From an uncultured Oscillospiraceae bacterium (lineage in GTDB: Bacteria; Bacillota; Clostridia; Oscillospirales; Oscillospiraceae), in the NCBI GenBank assembly GCA_964583135.1, contig CAZOVE010000001.1, positions 8,622-72,621 of the forward strand: DNA of 64,000 nucleotides, given 5' to 3'. Each line of letters opens with the position of its first letter. The stretch's first letter is position 1. The notes beneath the pieces are model-generated. The model worked only from the letters and a program-made list of their open reading frames with translations, had not been told where the DNA came from and ran no database searches. Positions 54,604-64,000 of the stretch are shown one piece after another. A program made the translations under genes and the position numbers.

Positions 54604-55590
54604 TTATCCCACCAAGCCGCTGCGCTCAATGCTTTGGATAAAGTACTTTTGAGCAAAGGAATACACCAGCAGCAACGGTGCCAGAATCAGCAACATCGCA
54701 CTATTGCGCAACAGCGATAGCACCTTCGGATCATCCAAAACATACTGCGACAGCAGATCATTGACAGTGCTATCGCCATTCCACCCTGTAATGGCGGAGT
54801 CAAACAGACCATAGGCCTGCGGCAATGTCCGCACGTCCGACAGCAGCATATTGGAGTAGTACGTATCGTTATACTGCCAAACAAAGGAAAACAGCATCAC
54901 CGTCACCAAAATAGTCACCGAACTGGGCAGCATGATCTGCCAGAAGATTCGGAACTGACCTGCTCCATCGATCATGGCCGCTTCCTCCGTCTCTCGTGGG
55001 ATACCGCGGAAGGACTGGCGGAACAGGAAGATAAACAATCCATTACGCAAACCAAAGCCGGTCAACGACATCAGATAGTAAGGAATATGGGTAGCCGTCA
55101 AATTCAGTGTTTTGCCTTGATTGAGCGCCTTAACGATCCCCAAAAAGTCAAACTGGGAAAGATGTAGATACAGCGGCGTCATAAACTGCTGCGGCGGCAT
55201 TAGGATCGTCAGTACCACGATAGCAAATAGGACCCCCTGCCCCTTGAATCGAAAGCGAGCAAAGGCGTAGCCCGCCATCATACACGGCACGACCTGCATG
55301 ACAGTTCCCAGCAGTGAATACCAGACGGAGTTGAACAGCGACCTGCCGTATTTCATAGTCTGCATGGCCACTTTCAGATTATCCAATGTAAAATGCTTCG
55401 GAATCCACAGCACACTATTGTCAAACACATCCTGCTGCGCCATGAATGCTTTGGATATCATCAAAATAATGGGGTGCAAAATGATGTAGGAAAAACCGAC
55501 CAGCAGCACGGTACGCAAAATCACAATACCGGCGTGGAGGAGTTTTGCTTGCATTTTTTCCGGCGTGAGCCGACTGTTCTTGCTTTTCAT
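54604..55590 (-). CDS. carbohydrate ABC permease (MalG-like)
   Basis: AGYAFARFRF, IPRETEEAAMIDGAG, QKYFIQSIERSG. Confidence 0.92.
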   Translation of the reverse strand: MKSKNSRLTPEKMQAKLLHAGIVILRTVLLVGFSYIILHPIILMISKAFMAQQDVFDNSVLWIPKHFTLDNLKVAMQTMKYGRSLFNSVWYSLLGTVMQVVPCMMAGYAFARFRFKGQGVLFAIVVLTILMPPQQFMTPLYLHLSQFDFLGIVKALNQGKTLNLTATHIPYYLMSLTGFGLRNGLFIFLFRQSFRGIPRETEEAAMIDGAGQFRIFWQIMLPSSVTILVTVMLFSFVWQYNDTYYSNMLLSDVRTLPQAYGLFDSAITGWNGDSTVNDLLSQYVLDDPKVLSLLRNSAMLLILAPLLLVYSFAQKYFIQSIERSGLVG

Positions 55591-55609
55591 GCTTCGGTTT
55601 CCCCTTTCT

Positions 55610-56518
55610 TTAGGTGTAATAGAAGGTGCGCTTGTTCACGATGGCAAAAACAATGGCCAAAATGACGGCGATCACCGCAAAGTAGATCCAGCAAATGGCG
55701 CTGGATAGACCAAAATTAAAATCCTTAAAGGATAACTGATACACATACTCCATCACCAGATTGCTCTCCGAAATGAAAGTATCCACGATGGAATAGATCA
55801 CATTGACCAAGATCATGGGAGTCACCATGGGGAAGGTGATCATCCAGAACTTTTCCCAGCCGTTGGCGCCCTCCACATGGGCTGCCTCATATAGATCCGG
55901 CGGCACGGAATAAATGCCCGCCAAGAAAATAAAGATCTGAATTCCAGAGCAGGTCACGATCTCGTAGACCTTATCCACCGGTGCCGTGATCATATCGACC
56001 AGTTCTTCGCTCAAGCCCAATCCGGTCAGATACTTCCCCAGATTCAAACTCTGCAAAATACCTGTGGAAGCAGCTCCGTTCATCACCGCATCAAGGCTGG
56101 ACGAGTTGCTGCTACCAAAATTATTTAACAAGCTAAAGAACAGGTCCGAGGACAAGATCACCGGCAGGAAGAAAATAAACTTAAACACACCCACACCGGG
56201 AAACTTTTCCTTCAGCAGCACCGCCACCAAAAAGCTGTACACCAAAATGATGGGCACTTCATAGAACATATCCCCTATGGTCGCCGCAAAATACTGCAGG
56301 AAATTCTGATCACCCAGCAAAGCATAGCGAAAATTCTCCCAACCAACAAAGTTCAGTACATAGCCATTATCCACCGTAACTTTGGAAAATGCAAAACTGA
56401 TCGACAGCACAATGGGAATCACAAACAACAGCACCACGCCAAGCAGCCATGGCGATAGGAAGAAATACGCCCACATGGAACGCTTACGCGTCAGGGTAAA
56501 TACTTTTTTGCGCTGCAT
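55610..56518 (-). CDS. carbohydrate ABC permease (MalF-like)
   Basis: FLSPWLLG, FVGWENF, LYEAAHVEGA, ITFPMVTP. Confidence 0.92.
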   Translation of the reverse strand: MQRKKVFTLTRKRSMWAYFFLSPWLLGVVLLFVIPIVLSISFAFSKVTVDNGYVLNFVGWENFRYALLGDQNFLQYFAATIGDMFYEVPIILVYSFLVAVLLKEKFPGVGVFKFIFFLPVILSSDLFFSLLNNFGSSNSSSLDAVMNGAASTGILQSLNLGKYLTGLGLSEELVDMITAPVDKVYEIVTCSGIQIFIFLAGIYSVPPDLYEAAHVEGANGWEKFWMITFPMVTPMILVNVIYSIVDTFISESNLVMEYVYQLSFKDFNFGLSSAICWIYFAVIAVILAIVFAIVNKRTFYYT

Positions 56519-59017
56519 TTAGTTCGTACCTCCTTCCCGATAATAGCCGCAAGCGGGAATCGTGACGTTGCCAATGGTCACATCCGCATCCGAATAGTTG
56601 ACATATACAACAGCACCATTGCTATATGTGGTGGCATACACACCGTCTGCCACCTGTTCATGATCGGTCATGGTGCAGCCGATCAATCCCTCCAACCCAC
56701 GGGAGATCTTTTCGTAGGTTTCCAGAATATCCGCTCGCCAACTTGCGTAGCCGGAGGCATAGTTGTCGGTGTATTCCGAGTTTTTTAGAATGCTGGAATC
56801 CTCGTAAGTTACCTGGAAGTTGGGAAGAACACCATACTCGATGGCACGCAGCACCGCCGTATCCACATTGGACGCCAGATTCAACGGGGAAGTATACATC
56901 TTCACAGAGCCATGCAACACCAACTGCAGGAAGGGCACCGCCTCATCGGCAATGCGGTAGTGGCTGGAATCCATCGGAGTTGCCGACAGCTTCTGCGCAT
57001 AAGCATAGGTATAGAGCCCACCACATTCTACCATCAAATCCATTTTTTCCGATAAGGTTTTTAGCTGTGCCGTCAGTTCTTCTAGCGCTTCCGGGCGAGA
57101 GATCATATCTCTGGCATTGAAGTCAGAATAGACTCTTGTTGAGCGCAACGACAGGCCCTGACTTTGAAACTGTGCAAAGCCCTCGAGGAAAGACGCTGTG
57201 ACAGCGCTATAACGACGGGGCGACAGCAAATACAGATTGGACGGTGTCATGCCAACATCTTCCTTCTCTAGCAGTAACGCCCGAGAAAGAATAGAGAACT
57301 TGGCTTCATTGGAATCCAACCGGAATGCCGCATCCATCGTAGGCAGAAATCCCCAGTCTGCGGACTGAATGCGCTGAAAATCCACATCCGGATACAATCC
57401 TACACCACTTTCCTCAGCATAGGTCAGCAACTCTTGCCAATCAGATCTCCCACCCAGAACGCTGTTGAGTTTGACATTGCCGGCATAATCATGGTATACA
57501 CCACCATTAAACCAACCGATGAGCTTCAAATCCAGTCCCTGCACACCGCTGCTTAGCAAGTCCTGTGCCAAAAGGCGATTCTGCGCATAGGTCGTCGCCG
57601 CAGTAACGCCTTCATAGGAAATACCTAGCAAGTTTTTCTTGCTGTAGACACCGCAGATCGTTTCCAATAGCATAGACACGGAGGAATCTTCCAACGGTGT
57701 CAAAACACCGTTGGCTTGTAGCTGCTGCCGATAATGCTCCGCCATTTCCACATAGCCGCTGTCCTGCGGCAGGAATTGATAATGCACACAGCAGGTCTCT
57801 TCCGCCAAAGAGGACTCAAAAACAACGACTTTCGAGCTATTGTCACTGCCGGAAAGGTACACGCTATCCTTATTGACCATTCGGAAAGTCAGGTAAGCAC
57901 TGTTCCGACCGAAATACAGGCCTGCCTGATGGAAATTCACCGTTGCTCTGGTTGCACCGCCTTCAATGGTAGCCAAATATGCGCTGTTTCCGTCCTTGAC
58001 ACCGTACATCGGCAGTGCCGCAAATTCATAAGAAAATTGTCCTGTGGACAATGTGTCGCTTGCAACCGACCAATCAAGGCCATAGATGGGAATGCTGTAC
58101 TCCGTACGAGAAGCATAATCCGTAGCATAGCGCATCAAGGCGCCGCTGCCATCCGGCAGCAGGACATAGCCCTCTTGCGCCTGATTGACCAAGCCAAAAT
58201 GGGGTAATAGATCCACTTCATACAGGGGAAATTCTGCACTAAACTCGATGCGCTCCACTGGGATCGAAACGGAAAGCCCCTGCTCCGTTAATGTATATGC
58301 CAGCACGATGGTAAACCAAGGTTTTGGTGTAATATCCGTGGTGATGCCGCCTTCGGCATTGTCCTGCGCCAGATCTTCATCCGTATAGCCCACCTGTTCC
58401 ATAATGAGCAGGATCTTATCAAAATTGTTGCGACCTTTGGCACGAATCCGCCACACATCGCCATCGCTATAATACTTATAGTAGCTTTCCATCTCCTCGG
58501 CCTGTTGTGCCGGGAGCTTGTCCAGAAACAGTTCCTGAAAACGTGTATTGTTGATGTAATGTGGCACGGCATCTACGGTTTTTCCGTAGTCACCCACCTG
58601 ATACTGCACATAAAGTACATCGTCTTGCAAGAAAGCCTGCGCCTGCTGCCGCTCCACGCTGTCACTCTGACTATCCATATAGGAATAAGCCGCATTGGAA
58701 TTGTAATAGGAAACGGTAAACTGGCTGGATGTCTCTTTACCGTCATAGCTCAGGCCGTTGGTGGACCAAACATTGCCGTTGGCGTCCTCCACCCGAACCA
58801 CCATATTTTCCTCCAGATACAGCGCCATCCCATTGTTCTGCAGCAGCACTTTCTGAGCATCTGGCTGCACCGCACCGCTCAGAGCCGGTGCAGCGGAAAA
58901 ACGGTCGTCCAATTTTTCCTTGCCGGACCCCAACAGCACCAAAAGTACCACGGCGCCGATCAGCACCGCCACCACGATGATGGGCGTCATGATCCGCATC
59001 CACTTCTTTTTACTCAT
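56519..59017 (-). CDS. DUF5696-like large membrane-anchored extracellular protein
   Basis: N-terminal TM helix; LLPHFG, GYVLLPDGSGALM, LPMYG, GWFNGG, VPFLQLVLHG, VYATTYSNG..VYVNY; typical position in this cluster type. Start uncertain (59017 or 59029). Confidence 0.75.
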   Translation of the reverse strand: MSKKKWMRIMTPIIVVAVLIGAVVLLVLLGSGKEKLDDRFSAAPALSGAVQPDAQKVLLQNNGMALYLEENMVVRVEDANGNVWSTNGLSYDGKETSSQFTVSYYNSNAAYSYMDSQSDSVERQQAQAFLQDDVLYVQYQVGDYGKTVDAVPHYINNTRFQELFLDKLPAQQAEEMESYYKYYSDGDVWRIRAKGRNNFDKILLIMEQVGYTDEDLAQDNAEGGITTDITPKPWFTIVLAYTLTEQGLSVSIPVERIEFSAEFPLYEVDLLPHFGLVNQAQEGYVLLPDGSGALMRYATDYASRTEYSIPIYGLDWSVASDTLSTGQFSYEFAALPMYGVKDGNSAYLATIEGGATRATVNFHQAGLYFGRNSAYLTFRMVNKDSVYLSGSDNSSKVVVFESSLAEETCCVHYQFLPQDSGYVEMAEHYRQQLQANGVLTPLEDSSVSMLLETICGVYSKKNLLGISYEGVTAATTYAQNRLLAQDLLSSGVQGLDLKLIGWFNGGVYHDYAGNVKLNSVLGGRSDWQELLTYAEESGVGLYPDVDFQRIQSADWGFLPTMDAAFRLDSNEAKFSILSRALLLEKEDVGMTPSNLYLLSPRRYSAVTASFLEGFAQFQSQGLSLRSTRVYSDFNARDMISRPEALEELTAQLKTLSEKMDLMVECGGLYTYAYAQKLSATPMDSSHYRIADEAVPFLQLVLHGSVKMYTSPLNLASNVDTAVLRAIEYGVLPNFQVTYEDSSILKNSEYTDNYASGYASWRADILETYEKISRGLEGLIGCTMTDHEQVADGVYATTYSNGAVVYVNYSDADVTIGNVTIPACGYYREGGTN

Positions 59018-59047
59018 ATGCTCATCCATCCTTTCATCGTGGTATTG

Positions 59048-59653
59048 TTACAATCGCAATGAGAACTCCCTATAAATCGAGTAAACAAAGCTACCCAACT
59101 CCTGTAGCAGGCTGAAAAACAGCAACGTAATAAACACAATGATCAACGCACCCACCGCCGTCAGGATCGTGGTAGATACCATTTTCCCGGCGGAGTACTC
59201 ATGGATCTCCTGAATGCCAAGCATCAGCATCAGCAACATCCATGCATAGCCACAGCCATCGATCAGTTGCAAATACACCAGCTCATTGAGGGTCATCAGG
59301 TGAGACAATAGCGGCGCTACGATCTGAAAAATAATCAGGGGCATCAGGCTATAGCAAGTAACCATGAAAATATCCTTGAATGAGCCTTTCCCTTCGGTCA
59401 GGGTGGTGATCGACCAATTGGACAGAGAAAATAGCACCACCGGCAATATGACCGTAGCCGCTTCCTGCAGAATATTCAAAGGTACATTGTAGTCATCGTT
59501 AAAGGCAAATGCCCGGACCTGCCGGTTGAAGATGACCGCCACGATCGCCAAGGCAATGAGAATAAACCCATCCCGATAGCGCCCGGTCTTCTCCCGTTTC
59601 ATATCCCATACGCCCATGATGGGATGCCGGAGTATATATAGTGCCTGTTTCAT
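59048..59653 (-). CDS. Yip1-like membrane protein
   Basis: ILRHP, NWSITTLTEGKGSFKDIF, YSLMP, IHEYS; about five TM helices. Confidence 0.8.
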   Translation of the reverse strand: MKQALYILRHPIMGVWDMKREKTGRYRDGFILIALAIVAVIFNRQVRAFAFNDDYNVPLNILQEAATVILPVVLFSLSNWSITTLTEGKGSFKDIFMVTCYSLMPLIIFQIVAPLLSHLMTLNELVYLQLIDGCGYAWMLLMLMLGIQEIHEYSAGKMVSTTILTAVGALIIVFITLLFFSLLQELGSFVYSIYREFSLRL

Positions 59654-59668
59654 AGCATCACCCTATCT

Positions 59669-61138
59669 TTACCCATCCATGCGACGGCGCCTGACCAACA
59701 AGATCACCGCAATCACTACAAGCACAACGCCGATCGCAATGGTGGCATATAGCTCAAAATTCTCGTTCATGATCTCCTGTGTATACTTGACCCGGGCATT
59801 GGAATAGGCTTCTTTGGCATTGACCAGCTTAAAATATTCCATTGCCGGCTGATATTGCTTCAGCCGATACAGGCAATATCCCGCCTTATAATAGGCCAGA
59901 TCACAGTTATTGTTACACTTGATGATCTCTTCCCACAAGGACAGGCTTTTTTCATAGTCCTGCAGGAGATAAGACGACATCGCTTCCTCCATCAGCCGAG
60001 CGTACTGCGTCGCCTCAAAGACGATCAGTTCTCCATTGGCCCGATCCAAGGCGTAGACCTTGTGATCGTAATACGTAATGGCCGAAGGCGACGAAAAAGA
60101 GCCTACTTGCCCGGAATTGAGGGCGCCAAAAACGAAAAGCAGATTGCCTTCTTCATCATAGGCAAACACTCTGCCCCGTTTGTCATCCAACGCATAGTAG
60201 TTGCCCAGCGCATCGGAGGTAATATCCACAAAGCTGGACGGGCCCGTAATACCACTGACGCCGGCATAGGGGTAAGATAGATCTCCGATCACTTTTTCGG
60301 TTCCGTCAATGGGCGAACGTACCAACACATCGCCGCCAAAAAGATTCAGCCGGCGAATCGGTTGGCTAACATCTGACTCCTTTGTCACCGCATAAATAAA
60401 ACCCTTGTAGTCCAAAGAGAAATTCTTATACTCCACAGGCACGAACTGGGTCAGCTTGTCGGTCTGTTCTTCCGTCATGATCTCTTTCCAGATACGATCG
60501 ATCAGACTGGCTTTGACCGTGTTGCTGCCATAGAAACCCAAAAACTTACCTTCTTTGGTGAATTGCATCATACCCTCGTTGACATTTTTCGACAGAACGA
60601 AAATGCGACCCGTCTGATCCACAAGCACTTTTTGAGGTTGGAAGACAAAAGTGTCCGCCAACAGATCCGAATCGATATTTTGGATCACCAGGACCGCTTC
60701 CAGTTCCGCATTCAGTACCACAACTCGCTGATGGCCGTAATCTGCCACATACAGTTCTCCCGTGGTGGTGCGAAAAATGCCGTAGGGCGCAGAAAACGTA
60801 TCCGTTTTACCGTCACAGGTAAAGGAATCAATGACTTGCAGCAATTGCATTTCCGGAGAGAAAACATACACCGCATTACTTTTTGCATCGCAGATGTACA
60901 AATTTCCTGCTTCGTCAAACAGTAGATCCTCCGCAGACCCCAACGATACACCCAACCTTTTGGAGTCGTAGACCTCCGTAGGCAGATAGGCCTGCGGCGC
61001 CGCCACATCCACGGTTCCTTCATCGGTGGTAGAGTAGGAATAGCCCTGATATGGATCGGATGCCGCTACCGACACGGCCATCGCCAATAGCGTTATCACC
61101 GCCGTCAGCGCAAGAACGATTTTTCTCAGAACGATCAC
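59669..61138 (-). CDS. NHL-repeat beta-propeller plus TPR surface protein with a C-terminal TM anchor
   Basis: Signal peptide; GNLYICD, GELYVAD, FQPQKVLVD, GRVFAYDEEGNLLFVFG; TPR-like helices; TM helix + RRRR. Confidence 0.8.
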   Translation of the reverse strand: MIVLRKIVLALTAVITLLAMAVSVAASDPYQGYSYSTTDEGTVDVAAPQAYLPTEVYDSKRLGVSLGSAEDLLFDEAGNLYICDAKSNAVYVFSPEMQLLQVIDSFTCDGKTDTFSAPYGIFRTTTGELYVADYGHQRVVVLNAELEAVLVIQNIDSDLLADTFVFQPQKVLVDQTGRIFVLSKNVNEGMMQFTKEGKFLGFYGSNTVKASLIDRIWKEIMTEEQTDKLTQFVPVEYKNFSLDYKGFIYAVTKESDVSQPIRRLNLFGGDVLVRSPIDGTEKVIGDLSYPYAGVSGITGPSSFVDITSDALGNYYALDDKRGRVFAYDEEGNLLFVFGALNSGQVGSFSSPSAITYYDHKVYALDRANGELIVFEATQYARLMEEAMSSYLLQDYEKSLSLWEEIIKCNNNCDLAYYKAGYCLYRLKQYQPAMEYFKLVNAKEAYSNARVKYTQEIMNENFELYATIAIGVVLVVIAVILLVRRRRMDG

Positions 61139-61141
61139 CTC

Positions 61142-62035
61142 TCAGTCTTTCATACCGGACGAAGCCATAGTCTCAATGATCTTGGTCTGATTCACCATAA
61201 AGACGATAGCCGGAACGATCATCATCAGCACACCCACCGCCTGCCCGGCGCCTTGACGCACCAATGCGCCGCTGGTGATCTGGCTGAGGGCATAGGGCAG
61301 GGTTTTCAGGGCCTCATCATAAACATAGTTGGTGTTATCCATACACCACACTTGCTGGAACATCAGGATCATTACCGTCAGCCACGCCGGACGCGCCAAC
61401 GGCATCACGATCCTCCAGTAGATCTGGAAATCGCTGCAGCCATCCATTCTCGCCGCTTCCAGCAAAGAGTCCGGAATGGTCGTCATATAATTACGCATGA
61501 TAAACAACCCGAGCGAAGATCCCATTGCCGGAATAATGCAGGCACGGTATGTATCCAGCCACCCCAACCAGCTAATGGTCAGGTAGTTCGCCACGTCCGT
61601 CACCGCCGAAACAAACATCAAGCTCAGCATGATCAGCGTGTTAATGGCATTCACGCCGGGAATTTTCAGTTTTGCCAGCGGATATGCCGCCATAGATGCC
61701 AGAAATACATGACCCACCGTCACCGTCACGGAGATGAACACCGTATTGAAGGCATAACGGAAGAAGGACACCCGGGTATTTTGCATCAAACTCAGCAACA
61801 TCCGGAAATTATCTAGCGTCGGATTCTCTGCCAGTAACTTCGGAGGGTAGTAGAACAGCTCGTGAATGGGCTTGAGGGACATACTCACCGCCATCAACAA
61901 CGGGAAGAAGCTAAACGCTGCCATCAGTCCTACCAAAATCAGCATCAACACATCGCCATAGGCTTTGCGGTTCAGTCGGGAACCGGTGCCCAAGAGCCGC
62001 TTATGACTGCGCCGCCGTTTTGCTGCGTTTGCCAT
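61142..62035 (-). CDS. carbohydrate ABC permease (MalG-like)
   Basis: NPTLDNF, AAYPLAK, IPDSLLEAARMDG. Confidence 0.92.
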   Translation of the reverse strand: MANAAKRRRSHKRLLGTGSRLNRKAYGDVLMLILVGLMAAFSFFPLLMAVSMSLKPIHELFYYPPKLLAENPTLDNFRMLLSLMQNTRVSFFRYAFNTVFISVTVTVGHVFLASMAAYPLAKLKIPGVNAINTLIMLSLMFVSAVTDVANYLTISWLGWLDTYRACIIPAMGSSLGLFIMRNYMTTIPDSLLEAARMDGCSDFQIYWRIVMPLARPAWLTVMILMFQQVWCMDNTNYVYDEALKTLPYALSQITSGALVRQGAGQAVGVLMMIVPAIVFMVNQTKIIETMASSGMKD

Positions 62036-62036
62036 A

Positions 62037-62957
62037 TTAAGTTCCCACCTTTCTAAGGGCCTTTACGGCCAAGGTGTTGATGGAGATCATAAGTACAAAC
62101 AGCACAACGGAGATGGCAGAAGCATAGCCACGCTCCACACGATAGCTGCTGTAATCCATCAGGTGCGTCATGATCAGATGACCTGCATAGTTGGTGGAGG
62201 GAAAACCGGCCAGTGCGACAGACGCACCCACGTTGGCAAACATACCGGTGATCTGCAGCACCGCTGCGGTGATCAAATGGGGTGCCATCATAGGGATTGT
62301 GACATAGATCACTTCCTGAAAACGGTTCTTGACACCGTCAATGGCTGCCGCTTCATAATACTGTCTGTCCACGGAAGCGGTACCGGCGCGCATCACCAAA
62401 AAACCGGAGCCCATGCTCATCCAAAGCTGCACAATGATGATCAATGGCAGAATATAGACATCCGTACTGAACCACTCGATAGGATTGTCAATGATACCCA
62501 GCTTCAGCAGGAAGCTGTTGGCATAGCCATACATATCGCCGGAGAAAATAATGCCCCAAATGGTATACACAGTACCGGAAATGGTCGGCACATAGAAAAT
62601 GAAGGTCAGAATTCCCCGGATCACCGGCCGAAATTCATTAATGATCCACGCCGCAAAAAAGGAAAGGAAATAGCCGATCGGCCCCGTCACCAGAGCAAAG
62701 ACCACCGTGTTGCGCAGTGCGATCGCAAACTCCTCGTCGTTGACAAACAGCTCCCGATAATTCTGCCAGCCTACAAAAGTGGGTTCTTGCAGAATATTGT
62801 ACTGCGTGAAGCTTAGTACAATGGTCATCAGCACCGGAAGCACCGTAAAAGCAAAGAAGATGATCATAAACGGTGCCATTAGGATATAAGCCGACCGATT
62901 GCGCCAAATCTGCTGCCACAGACCGGGAGAATGGGTTTTGAGTTGATTCTGTTTCAT
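62037..62957 (-). CDS. carbohydrate ABC permease (MalF-like)
   Basis: FVGWQNY, QLWMSMG, YYEAAAIDG. Confidence 0.92.
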   Translation of the reverse strand: MKQNQLKTHSPGLWQQIWRNRSAYILMAPFMIIFFAFTVLPVLMTIVLSFTQYNILQEPTFVGWQNYRELFVNDEEFAIALRNTVVFALVTGPIGYFLSFFAAWIINEFRPVIRGILTFIFYVPTISGTVYTIWGIIFSGDMYGYANSFLLKLGIIDNPIEWFSTDVYILPLIIIVQLWMSMGSGFLVMRAGTASVDRQYYEAAAIDGVKNRFQEVIYVTIPMMAPHLITAAVLQITGMFANVGASVALAGFPSTNYAGHLIMTHLMDYSSYRVERGYASAISVVLFVLMISINTLAVKALRKVGT

Positions 62958-64000
62958 TTTGTATCCTCCAGGCCGAATTCCTCCCGTTTACTGATGATCT
63001 CCTTGTTGATGTCTTCAACGGCATCGAGAATCATCTCACGGGGATTCTCGCCCATATTAATGGCGGATTTGATCGCATTGGAAACCGTACGCCCAACATA
63101 GTAACCGCCGGGCACTTCCGCAATGCCATGGACATAGGCCCACTGCTCCTTTAATGCGGCGGATGCGGCAGCGCTCCAGCCCAGACGATCCATGGCCTCC
63201 AAATTGGCGGTAGGCCAGCGAGCCGATGCGCCCTGAATGGTTTCCAATTCCCGACCATAGCGCACCTGCGTATCTGCCGAGGTCCACCATTTCAAGAATT
63301 CCCAAGAAGCATCCGCATCATCGGTGTTTGCAAAGATCATGCAAGCCGAGCCGGAAGAAGAGGTATCCCGGCGGACGGTCCCGTCAGCCAGCACCGTTCC
63401 GGGAATGGGTAGCATCTGCCACGCACCGTCAATTTCCGGTGCAGCCAACACCAGAGAATTGTAGAATGTGTAGTCTGCCAAGACAATGGGCATCGTTCCG
63501 GTGCGGAAGCGATTGATGTTGCTGTACGACTTGGTAAAATTATACTTGGTATAGAATTCCGCCCACTCGACGAAGCAATTGACCGCCGTCAAATCGTCAA
63601 GCACACACAGCCGGTTGTCGCTGTCGTAGACGCTGGCGCCGTTTTGTAGCAGCAGCGTGGTATACATGGGGTTCAACGCCGTCGAATCACTGCCGGACTG
63701 AACCGTCGTCGGCTGGGGAAGGCCGATCTCCATGCCCTGCTCCTGCAACACAGAGATCAGAGCATACATTTCCTCCCAAGTCTGCGGTGCTTCCAGACCC
63801 AACTCCGCCAAAATGTCGGTTCTGGCAAACATCATCATAAACACCTGCTGCTCCGGAAGTCCATACACGCTATCGCCCAATCGGAAGGGCACAACTGCGC
63901 TCTCATCGAAGCGACTGAGGATCTCGTCACAATCTTCAAACTGACTCAGGTCATAAAGTGCCCCACGAACACCGTAGTTCAGAGGCTGTGCCTGACCCTG
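62954..64000 (-). CDS. extracellular solute-binding protein (5' end outside the window)
   Basis: Frame stays open to the window edge (QGQAQPLNYGVRGALYDL...); YGLPEQQ, RTDIL, FRTGTMP, SWEFLKWW, VPGGYY. Confidence 0.88.
   Translation of the reverse strand, partial: QGQAQPLNYGVRGALYDLSQFEDCDEILSRFDESAVVPFRLGDSVYGLPEQQVFMMMFARTDILAELGLEAPQTWEEMYALISVLQEQGMEIGLPQPTTVQSGSDSTALNPMYTTLLLQNGASVYDSDNRLCVLDDLTAVNCFVEWAEFYTKYNFTKSYSNINRFRTGTMPIVLADYTFYNSLVLAAPEIDGAWQMLPIPGTVLADGTVRRDTSSSGSACMIFANTDDADASWEFLKWWTSADTQVRYGRELETIQGASARWPTANLEAMDRLGWSAAASAALKEQWAYVHGIAEVPGGYYVGRTVSNAIKSAINMGENPREMILDAVEDINKEIISKREEFGLEDTK

Overview
A 64 kb chromosomal segment from a Gram-positive anaerobe (Bacillota; Clostridia/Oscillospiraceae-like by gene content, sigma-A promoters and GGAGG RBSs, inferred). 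About 1.2-39.4 kb is one large carbohydrate-utilisation island. It holds a sugar catabolic block (lyxose/mannose isomerase, MtlD-family dehydrogenase, PfkB kinase, xylulokinase), two GH38 alpha-mannosidases, a clan GH-J enzyme, GH172, a GH14/GH42-like lipoprotein, a beta-helix lipoprotein, two LacI regulators, an Lpl-type and an Opp-type ABC importer, and several surface proteins built from two recurring domains I cannot name. One surface-protein gene is present twice, 26.3 kb apart, identical from ATG to stop except one silent base, and it has an internal sortase-like motif followed by a second signal-peptide-like segment. Three promoters share one LacI-type operator. After a decayed lacI/GH38 remnant come trxB-trxA, a Crp/Fnr regulator, a His-tailed DMT transporter, and a redox operon: tandem-domain putative FMN lipoprotein, apbE, rnfC-rnfD-rnfG and a small membrane protein, with no rnfE/A/B. 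The window ends in a DUF5696/Yip1/NHL-type double-permease sugar ABC cluster with glycosidase genes. No rRNA, tRNA, CRISPR array, transposase or integrase was seen. All family assignments come from motif recognition by eye, not database searches.
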